From Hormiphora californensis (Eukaryota; Animalia; Ctenophora): a stretch of 64,000 bases of DNA. This document shows positions 1 to 9,912 of the stretch, piece by piece. Each line of letters starts with the position of its first letter. Position 1 is the first letter of the stretch. The notes under the pieces were generated by a model. The model did no database searches. It was not told the origin of the DNA and saw only the letters and a program-made list of their open reading frames with translations. The stretch spans positions 7,068,001-7,132,000 of the forward strand of contig CM035359.1 in assembly GCA_020137815.1 (NCBI GenBank), in the 5' to 3' direction. The position numbers and the translations under genes are program-made.

Positions 1-247
1 CGGCCCGCTTGCTCACAGCGTATATATAGTTATTTCATACTTTTAGCCCATTTTGGCACTTTTTGACACGCCATAACTCCGGAACCGGATGAGCTAGGAA
101 GCTGAAATTTTGTACTCAGAAGCTTCTTGTAGACATCTATCGATGGTAAAAATTTCAAGTGGCTAGCTCATTTTGTTCAAAAGTTATAACACCAACCCCA
201 AAACAGAAAATTCAGTGTGGGGATAACTAGGTTGATACATAGATAGA

Positions 248-1140
248 TACATAGATGTATAGACGCTTTATTACCTTCCGTTTGGTCCCAGTTTGAGACA
301 AACCAGACATCGTACGACCTTAAACCAAGCGGCATTCGACAGATAATTGTCTCGTGCATGTACCCATTTGGGTGGCGACTCTCAATCTTACCTATGACGC
401 GCGCAATGACGTCACGAGTGACGTCATTGCGCAAGATCGACTAACTTTTTTCAAACGCCTCTAGCACCCTGAAGACGTGTTCCGATTTCTGATTTGACGA
501 AAAATCGTTACCGGCAAATCGTCTGAACTTTCAGTTACTATATTGCGAATTTTCGTAGCTTATCATTTTGAGCCCTTAAATCGCGTCGGAAGTCAAAAAT
601 TTGACGAAAAATTCAGTAAAATGAACGTTTTTCGAGCAAAAACTCCCTTTCCTGACCACTGTGGTTAATGATACTTTACAAGCTCCTTCAGGGTATTCAT
701 TCAAAATATATTGTGATGCAATTACGTCGTTACGACGTCACTAATTACGTCAGATGACGTCATAATGACGTCAAAATTACGGTTTTCACAGAAATTCGTC
801 TCGTTTCTCATATAACACATCATTTTGACAATTTTACATCATGAAATAATGTCATACTGACATTAGAAACCAAAAAGGGACCTAAATTAAGCCAAAAACT
901 AATTGGAATTAGTTGGCGGGAAAGGTGGCCCACTTACACCTTTGCCTGATGCCGGGTTTTATTTTAAAATGTATCAGGGATATAAGGGGTGAGTGAAATA
1001 GAGAAAGAGAAAGGGTGAGAGAGAGATTGAGATACCGACGTGACGTGAAGAGAATGACAGTTCGTGGTACCCGGTAGCAGCAAAAGGTGTAAGTGGGCCA
1101 CCTTTCCCGCCAACTAATTCCAATTAGTTTTTGGCTTAAT
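248..1140. mobile_element. Non-autonomous element of about 0.9 kb (family A, copy 1) ending in a ~60-bp-stem inverted repeat
   Basis: Closely similar to 2256-3246. Arms at 886-945 and 1080-1140. Rich in TGACGTCA motifs. Confidence 0.7.
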
Positions 1141-2249
1141 ATATACATCACTGCGCTGGCAAGCGCAAAGGTTGCCATTCCCCCTCCCCCAAACAGCAAA
1201 GCGCCGCCAGAAACGCAGTTATACGTTTTATGGGTGTTTTGACTGAAAACCCAGATTTCAGAAGGCTATAGCGTGGCTCCCATTCATCCGTTTGACTTGA
1301 AAATTGGAATGTATACCCGGCTCGAGGTCATTAACTTAAGTTCAAAATTTCAAGTCTCTATCTCATCTGGAACTGAAGTTACAGACAGGTCCTATTTGCC
1401 CTAGATTCAGTGTAACACATATGCACGCGCGCGCGCGTACGCGCGCGTAGGAGAGACGCTTTTTATAAACCATATTCACGCCAAACGAAAAGAGATAGAA
1501 ACTTTTCGTTTTCACAGCTGGTAGATCTACTGGATGTGTGTGCATTAGTCGAGGTGGCGTCCCTTTTCATCGCCAGGAACGTCCTACAGAACGTCTTAAA
1601 GTCGTCATTTTTCAGACTCTGACCAAAATTCTTTGAGCTCAATTTACAGCCTGAAGACGGATTCTAATCGAAAAACGAAGACTATATCATGGAAAGAGAA
1701 TTGTCTGAACTTTCAGAAACTATATTCCGAATTTTCAAAACCAGACGTATAAGGGTCTTAAAACGCGTCTAAAGTGTTATGACTGTTTAAAAATAGATAT
1801 GACGATATGGGTTTTTTCGCCATAGCGGACTCAAATCTTATCCAATCGATCTCAAACTTGGTCAGTATCTTCATCTAGGTAATCCCGATGATATGACGTC
1901 AAAATTTTGACGTCATGACGTCGTGACGTCATTTTATGACGTCAAAATGACGTCAAAAATGAAAAAAATTCAACTTAGCGATTCCATCCTCTCCGTACTT
2001 GTTATACTACATCTAAATGGATAAAAAATCCCAAAAATGATGCAAATTATACCAAAACTAATTGAAATTAGTAGGCCGGAAAGGTTGCCCTATGATTTGA
2101 GCTACCTTTGGCACCTACATTTCCTTTTGAAGATAGACGAAGCATCTGTTATACCCTGTTTTTACCCCGTGAATGTTACGGTGGCAAAGGTAGCTCAAAT
2201 CATAGGGCAACCTTTCCGGCCTACTAATTTCAATTAGTTTTGGTATAAT
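1141..2249. mobile_element. Diverged relative of family A with a terminal inverted repeat at 2046-2249
   Basis: Shares gtctgaactttcag, the TGACGTCA cluster and the aaaactaattgaaatta..ggaaaggt stem with its neighbours. Confidence 0.6.
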
Positions 2250-2255
2250 ACATAT

Positions 2256-3018
2256 ATACATAGATGTATAGACGCTTTGTTACCTTCCGTTTGGTCCCAG
2301 TTTGAGACGAACCAGACATCGTACGACCTTAAACCAAGCGGCATTCGACAGATAATTGTCTCGCTCATGTACCCATTTGGGTGGCGACTCTCCATCTTAC
2401 CTATGACGCGCGCAATGACGTCACGAGTGACGTCATTGCGCGAGACCGACTTACTTTTTTCAAACGCCTCTAGCACCCTGAAGACGTGTTCCGATTTCTG
2501 ATTTGACGAAAAATCGTTACCGGCAAATTGTCTGAACTTTTAGATACTATATAGCGAATTTTCGTAGCTGATCATTTTGAGCCCTTAAATCGCGTCGGAA
2601 GTCAAAAATTTGACGAAAAATTCAGCAAATTGAACGTTTTTCGAACGAAAACTCCCTTTCCTGACCACTGTGGTCCATGAAACTTTTCAAGCTCCTTTGG
2701 GATATTGATTAAAAATATATCGTGATGCAATTACGTCGTTACGACGTCACTAATTACGTCAAATGACGTCAAATGACGTCTAAAATACGATTTTCACAGA
2801 AATTCGTCTCGTTTTTCATATAACGCATCATTTCGACAATATCACATAATGAAATAATGTCATGCTGCGATTAGAAACCAAAAAGGACCTAAATTAAGCC
2901 AAAAACTAATTGAAATTAATTGGCGGGAAAGGTGACCCACTTACACCTTTGCCTGCTGCCGGGATCAGGGATATAAGATGTGAATATAATGGAATTAGAC
3001 AGTGAAAGAGAGTGTGAT

Positions 3019-3069
<51 letters not shown>

Positions 3070-3246
3070 CAGGGAGACAGGGAGTAGAGAGAGGGATAGA
3101 ACGAACAGGAATAAGTTACCCTCGAAAAATAAGAGATTGAGATACCGAGGGATAGAATGAGAGTTCGTGGTGATACCCGGCAGAAGCAAAAGGTGTAAGT
3201 GGGTCACCTTTCCCGCCAATTAATTTCAATTAGTTTTTGGCTTAAT
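2256..3246. mobile_element. Family A, copy 2; terminal inverted repeat 2893-3246 with (GA)n in the loop
   Basis: Direct repeat of 248-1140. Confidence 0.7.
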
Positions 3247-3478
3247 AGATAGATATCAGCTTATCTCCGTCCTAACTGCTAGCACACTCACCGCCTCAAA
3301 TTAGGGGGTTTGACACTTTGACAACACACCCGGCCACCAAAACTAGGTACTAACCCAACGAATGCTTCATAATTTGTAGCGGCATTTTACTTTGGAAATT
3401 TGGGATACCCATTTTCAACGAAAATGGGATACATGTATCCCAATAATTCTCTTTGTCCATATTCCCTTTCCCACTTAC

Positions 3479-4164
3479 CTCATCTCCATAGCCGGACTTG
3501 AGACGGGAGGGAGGGAAGTCAGTGTTTAGTCCGAGTGAACGGATCTCCGAAATTATGTTGGAAATTACAGCATTAGGATCATCATCCTATGGAAATATAT
3601 TCAGATTAGCACTACACTACTGTTATGATTATATGTGAAAGTATTAAAAGTGTAACTAATGTATCTCGCTCCCAATACCAAATATATGTCTACCTCTAAG
3701 GGAGCATCAAACTTTCGACCGCAGAGTCCCAACAGCCATGATAGAAGGTTACTGAAGACAAAGAATTGTTCACCAGGGCTACCCTGTACAGCAAAGTAAG
3801 TCCTGAAAAAAGTTAGGCTTGTTAAACTCATTAAAAACAGAAAGAACTAAACAAACAAAGAATTAATTACTTGGCAGGAACCGACCAAAACAAGTAAACA
3901 ACCAATTAGAACTCGATATTTAGGTCACGCGACGTGACTCATGACTGGTTATCAGCCAATCAGCGACCAGTATTTCGGTCGGTTCCTGTTACTTGGACTG
4001 TGTTACCTGGAGATGGGCCTCTGTCCTCGTTTTACTAGATAACCATCTTCATAATCTAACAACTTTAGTTTCTCAAGTATGTCTTCCATCACAGTGAATG
4101 GAAGATAAGCAGCTCCCTTTATATCCAAACCACCATCACCCCTCCTTACTGGATCTTCCGCCAT
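3479..4164 (-). CDS. IFT57: Intraflagellar transport protein 57, first three coding exons (4164-4007, 3802-3694, 3586-3479); gene continues left of the window
   Basis: Spliced translation MAEDPVRRGDGGLDIKGAAYLPFTVMEDILEKLKLLDYEDGYLVKRGQRPISR-TYFAVQGSPGEQFFVFSNLLSWLLGLCGRKFDAPLE-DDDPNAVISNIISEIRSLGLNTDFPPSRLKSGYGDE matches the recalled IFT57 N-terminus (GAAY..F.VMED..EKLKLL.Y, PGEQF, DDPNA.ISNI). Introns are GT-AG with consistent phases. Confidence 0.93.
3875..3988. mobile_element. hAT-type MITE (~110 bp, TIR CAGGAACCGACC)
   Basis: 8-bp TSD ttacttgg. At least seven copies in the window. Confidence 0.85.
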
Positions 4165-4267
4165 AACAACTAGATTTTGGAAGGCAGTGTAAAGTCGGAT
4201 GTTTTAAACCACCACCCTAGCGAGCAGCCCTAGCCCGTCTCGACCGCCAAATTGTTAGCAATGGAAG

Positions 4268-6533
4268 GCTCAAATTGGCCATGTGGTTGCATGGCCGTTT
4301 TAAAAATGTCGGTCTAGAAAATGAAAGTGTAGTCTTTTTGCTAGTGTGCACCTGTAAACAGGCTGCAAGCCACCCAGATCGCGCCCGGGTGAAAAGATGC
4401 AGAGAGAGAATTATTTTGTGCAGGCCCGGACGATCTGGGTGTTTGGAGGCCTGTTTACAGGTGCACACTGCCGAAAACGTACTCACAAAAAAATGCTCAA
4501 AAATAGATATATTTGGATTCTAATTTTTATTAAATTTCGTTAAAAAATGGACTCTAGTGCACACGTTTCCCACGGCTTCTTCCCTGTTAGTAGGAGCACT
4601 TAGATCAGTTCCCGCCAAAAGTCGTGCGCCACCCTTTTTGCGCATTGTTATAGCTCCTTCATTTCAACTCCAATAAACAAGAATTATTGCATTATGTATT
4701 CATAATGCGGTGTTTCCCTGCCCTGCATATCACAATATCAAGGCTTGGTCAAAATACAATGTGAGATGCATGTGATGTGTACTTCTCACATAGCTAACTC
4801 AAACTTAGTAACGAGTATTCGACAGTACCTAACCCAAACACCCATTTCATCAACCACCAAGTTCGACATCGCGAGTTAGCAGCGTCAACTAAACGTAACA
4901 CGCTTCGCCGAACGGATTTTCTATAAGGAAACGTGCGTGGCTTTGTAGTTTCTGCCACAGTTAGCGCCACGCACAGCTCAGAGAAATAAGCGTCCTGACA
5001 TCATATTTCATCAAAACAGTTATTTGAGTTGATGAAGGAGCGCACTCGAGCGTTGTCAGGCGTTGTCCGTGACGGACGGACGGACATTTAGTTAACTACA
5101 CAATCTGCTGATTTCTAAACCCTGAATGATCTTTTTAGCACGTGCGTGCTAAAAACATCATCCGGGTGAATGCCCTTCGGGCATTCACCCGGGCAGGGAA
5201 AAAATGACCTTCAAGTTTTCGAAAGATCTCGTCGAGATCTACAAAAAACTCCAGGGTCATTATGTGATTTGATGCAAAGCAAAGGAGTGACAGTAACCTA
5301 AATTTCGGGTGGCACACAACTTTTGCACATGCATGCTCTAAGCGCTCCTACTATGTGGAAAGCGCTGCCCTATCCTGTGGGGCGCCGTTACGATCTGGGT
5401 GTTTCGTGGCTGTTTACTGGTCTGGTGCGCACTGCCAAAAAATTGATTCACTAAAATGGCTCTAAGAGATACATAGAAAAGTAAGAGAGAAAAATTTCTC
5501 TCTCTTAGTATTTCTATCTATCTCTCTTTTCCCACGGTCGAAAACTTTCCCACGGTGGGAAATGCCGTAAGAGATTCCCCTCATTTCCGAGGCTCCTCAT
5601 AACTTTGGCCCCTGAAGTAAGGGACGGAGCTGGGCCTTCGGCCCAGCAAGTCCCTGGGTGTCCGGAGACAGGGGCGGCAGCCTCAGTCAGGGGGTGTGGG
5701 GGGTGAAACCCCCCACAAGCAGGGTCCAGGGGCGCAGCCCCGTTGGGGGCGTAGGGGTCAGAGCCCCCACAGGCAGGGTCCAGGGTCTGCAAGCCCCGAT
5801 GGGGGTTGAGGGAGCGTTTTTATACGATTTTAAGGATTTCTGAACTCCTTTTGTGAAAAATGGAAAAAAAGATGAAAGTTTGCTTTAGTGGAAGCTCTTA
5901 CGGTATTTCCCACGCCCCGTGGGAAAGTTTTTGACCGTGGGAAAGTTTTCAAACCGTGGGAAAAGAGAGATACATACAATAACTTTAAAAAAATAATTAT
6001 TTTTTGTATGTTATTGTATGTATCTCTCTTTTCCCACGGTTTGAAAACTTTCCCACGGTCAAAAACTTTCCCACGGGGCGTGGGAAATACCGTAAGAGCT
6101 TCCACTACTTGGCAAACGTTGCTGGCGCCACGCGCAGCGCGGGATAAGGCAGCGCTTTTCAAAAAGTTTGCGATCACGAGAGAAAAAACATCCGCGCGCG
6201 CACAATTTTCTGGGTGAACCGGTCACGTCAAAATGCACCGTGGCACGCGGAAGAATCCTCTTTATGCTCTGCCGTGCGTTAGAGGTGCGCGCCGCGCAGT
6301 GTCCGTCGCGGAAATCCAAAATTTCCCAGTTTTCATCCATTTTTTTCCCAATTTTTTTTGTTTTTTTCCCTTTTTCCTTCTTTTCTCTCTCCGTCTTTTT
6401 AGTCTGGGTGTCCACGGACACCCGGACGGGCGCGATTATAATCTGGTTGCCTTGCAGCCTGTTCACAGGTGCACGCTACCAAAAGAGTACACTTAAACCG
6501 ACTTTTCTCACGCAACCACGTGGCCAATTTGAG
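4268..6533. mobile_element. Composite TIR element with nested insertions and internal palindromes
   Basis: ctcaaattggccatgtggttgc at ~4269 is the inverse of gcaaccacgtggccaatttgag at ~6512. Internal ~220-bp palindrome at 5886-6107. Confidence 0.5.
4588..5353. mobile_element. TIR element with termini TAGTAGGAGC...GCTCCTACTA
   Basis: Both ends are shared with 7280-7843. Confidence 0.65.
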
Positions 6534-7279
6534 TAAACTATCCATATAATAAATCCCATAATGTTAGTCAGTCTGTCCGTTAATTGGTTTTTCAAACTCC
6601 TCCCACAGTTTTTGAGGTAGACCCCTGAAAATTTGTACACTGGTACCTTGGACCAAGGCGGATGTAAGTACGGGCTCAGATTTTTGATCCGATCTTTACA
6701 GCAGTGACGTCACGGGGTGACGTCATTGCGACAAAAAGACTTACATTTTTCAAACGCTTCTAAGACCCTGAAAACGGCTCTAAATCAAAAAACTAACGCA
6801 ATAGTGGGGAAAGAGAATCGTTTGAACTTCATTTTACCTGATAGCGATTTCCCGTAACTCAATGTTTAAGGGTCGTAAATCGCGTCGGGAAAGTTAAAAA
6901 TGCCAAAAATGCGATATTTTTCACCGTAGCCACCCAAAATCTTATCCAATCGATATGAAACTTGGTCGTTATGTGAACTTTAATGTCCTTTGGCCAGGGG
7001 TTCCCGGAAAACGGATTGGCAAGATGAGAACTGACCGGAGTTCTTATAATTCTAAATTCACGAATTTGGAATTTTTCGTCGACTTTTTTTGGCGACATAA
7101 AACGCGAGGAAATTTTCAATGAATTTTAAAATTTTACACTGCGCGCGTAATTCTAGGTTCCGCGCGCGGCGTAAAAAAGCAGCGCTTTTTTGGGAAAATT
7201 CGCGCGTTACAGTAAATGATTTACCCGCCTCGCCAAAATTGTAATGGCCGTTTTTTCAAAAACCCAAGGTGTATGATAT

Positions 7280-7843
7280 AGTAGGAGCGGTTAGATCACC
7301 ACGTGGTTAAAGTCGCATGCCACCCCTTTTTGCGCATTGTCATAGCTCCTCGAGGTCGCATCCAATCATTATCAAGAAATGTCCCTCAAGTTCTGTCTGG
7401 CGGCGCCAGACCCCAATTTGATTCTCTAATCTGAGCGCGCGACAGTGCGCTCAGATGGGTCGCGGCGCCAGACAGCTCAAGTTTTCGCTTCTCCTTGAGG
7501 AGATCTACAGGTTTGATGAAGGTCACTTTTGGATTGGATGCAAAATGAAGCCGTGAGAGTAACCTGAGATTAGGGTGGCACGCGACTTTCTGCACGTGCT
7601 GATCTAACCGCTCCTAAAGTCGGATTTTTTGAAACTGTCACCCCCCTGGAGTTTTCAAATTTCTTTAAATGACCATAAGTCCGGTTCCTGATGAGATAGA
7701 GACTTGAAATTTGGAGGTTACGAAGATCTTGCTAAGTTCTTCCGAACCTCCAAATTTCAAGTCGCTATCTTATCAGGAACCGGAGATATGACAAATTTTG
7801 TTATTTCAGGGGGGTGACAGTTTCAAAAAATCCGACTTTACTA
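7280..7843. mobile_element. Second TAGTAGGAGC element, right TIR interrupted by a MITE
   Basis: The sequence gctccTA[insert]TActat restores the TIR when the insert and one TA are removed. Confidence 0.65.
7617..7838. mobile_element. Palindromic MITE, TIR AAGTCGGATTTTTTGAA, TA TSD
   Basis: TA duplication is shown by the interrupted host TIR. Related copy at 10957-11110. Confidence 0.8.
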
Positions 7844-7876
7844 TGAGACTCATTGCTCTAAGGAACAAACAAATTA

Positions 7877-8269
7877 TCTCTATTATAATTTGGAAATGTC
7901 GCGTCGAAGTTTTTTCATCCGATCGATATCAATAGGGTGTGTTTTCGAAAGCTCAGGATTAGCTTAGTCGATTAGAAAAAGAATTAATCTAATCCCATGT
8001 AGGGTTTTTGAAAAAATCGACATCAAAGATCAAAAAACCACAAATAAAAGACAGAGTAGGAATGGGTGCTCCTTCATAAAAAATTTTATGCGACCAAAGC
8101 TGTAAAGCTGTTGCTCACACTTTTGGAACAATTCAGTCCCCATAGTTACCACTTCAGTTGCCATGGCAACCGTGTTATTTCCGTTAAAAGTGGCAAAAAC
8201 AACCACACGGCGAAGCCGTGTGGGTTATCAAAAAGCCTTTACTTGGGGCGCACCCAATGGGTGTGCTAG
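7877..8269 (+). mobile_element. Non-autonomous Helitron-like element, copy 1
   Basis: 5' TC after A; subterminal hairpins cacacggc-gaa-gccgtgtg and gcgcaccca-a-tgggtgtgc; 3' CTAG; no TSD. Confidence 0.75.
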
Positions 8270-8582
8270 TCTCTATTATAATTTGGAGATGAACGACGTA
8301 GTGATGGTCGTTCGTTAGGCGGTATCTAAGCGACAGTCTGCTCCTTCATAAAACACTTCATATGACCAAAGCTGTATAAGCTGTCATTCACACTTTGGAA
8401 CTTCCAGTGGAAGTTTGTTAATATTTTCGAATGACTTTTAACATGTCAGTCCCCATAGTTACCAATTCAGTTGCCATGGCAACCGTTTTATAGACGTTGA
8501 AAGGGGCAAAAAGAACCACCCGGCGAAGCCGGGTGGGTTATCGAAAAGCCCTTACTTGAGGCGCACCCAATGGGTGCGCTAG
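8270..8582 (+). mobile_element. Non-autonomous Helitron-like element, copy 2, head-to-tail with copy 1
   Basis: Starts TCTCTATTATAATTTGGA directly after the CTAG of copy 1; has the same hairpins; ends CTAG followed by T. Confidence 0.75.
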
Positions 8583-9912
8583 TCTTTTAAAAATCAAACA
8601 CAAATGTCACCGGTTATATGAGGATAAATTACCATTTACCAGGTCACGGGTTCCCAGCAAACGGGTACTCTATATGGTTTAACTAACAAAACTTACCTTC
8701 AGAAAATATCTTCTTGAAATATATCTGGAAATCCTTGGTATAAAACTAACCGCTTTTGAAACGAGAGTTAGTGAGACGAAGTCCGCACCAAGTGATGCTA
8801 GTAGTCAAGACCTAACAGAACTCGTGTTGTTCTTTAAAAATATGGACAATGAAAAGCGGACAATAAATGTATATTTGTATTTGTATTTGTATTTGTAAAC
8901 TAAACGGTAACTGATAGAGAATCGATAGCCCTAACCGATAACCCCAAACCAAACCCTAACCAGACCCTAACGGATAGCCTTAACCCGTCGCGTGCGCTAA
9001 AACTACGAATTGTTAGCAATTAAAGGCACCCAGATTTTAACGTTTTCCCACCCGGACACCCACGAGCGCCGTCCCTGCCTGAAGTCCGTTTGACTTGATT
9101 CTTTCACCAGTTGTTACGCGGTCGCTTGTCATAGTTGGAAAACGGTAATGGAAAACGGAGATACGGTAAGGGGACACGTAACCGTGGCCGGCCAATCAGG
9201 GCGCTAGTACGTGCTGAACACATGCACTTTTTGCCGTGCGTTATGTAAAGTGTGCGTCTCATTACTGTATTTCCATTACGGTAATGCGACTACAAGCGGC
9301 GCTGTTAGATCTGACAATTATCTACCTTGCTGTTTTTGAGAGAAGTTAATTGGACTTAAGGAGGCTGAGCAAGAGCCGTTTAAAGATGGGTTGTTTTCAA
9401 AAAGTGACGTCACAGGTTCCTGCAGGGACATCTTTTTAGTTTTTTCAAATTTTGATTTTACCGCACTCGATTTTGCGGAGTTTGGTTCATATCTCCTGTT
9501 CCTGATAAGATAGAGACTTGAAACCGGTTGCATTTAAAAGCTATTATCTTTCTCTTTCCAATTATGTATACCCCCCCCCCCCCCCAGCGCAGTATTCCCT
9601 CCAGGCCCTGAAGCGTATGCCAAGATCGAGGGGTAAAATCAGGCAGCTCTCATCTTGCTAATCCGTTTCCTGGGAACCCCTGGCCAAAGGAAATCAAGAT
9701 GCACATACTGAACAAGTTTCATATCGATTGAATAAGATTTGGGGTGGCTACGGTGAAAAATGTCGTATTTAGGACCCTTAAACATTGAGTTACTATACGG
9801 GAAATCACACGCAGCTGGTTTTTGCAAAATTTTGTCAGTTGTCACCACTGTAAATTGTGCGGCTCAGTGCGGCTCAGTGCACACTTCTGTAACTCAATCC
9901 CTTGATTTAGCG

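Noticed and set aside
5830-6217. Paired ORFs with similar peptides on both strands (also 177-434/2234-2501, 4217-4523, 19830-20200)
   Set aside because: Result of palindromic or repeated non-coding elements; no recognisable domain.
8640-8751. Chain of minus-strand micro-exons with 26- and 27-nt introns
   Set aside because: Introns are too short for typical metazoan splicing; only the donor at ~8696 is kept as a candidate.
8925-8990. Telomere-like (aaccct) repeats
   Set aside because: Short, degenerate and interstitial; more likely a repeat-element microsatellite.
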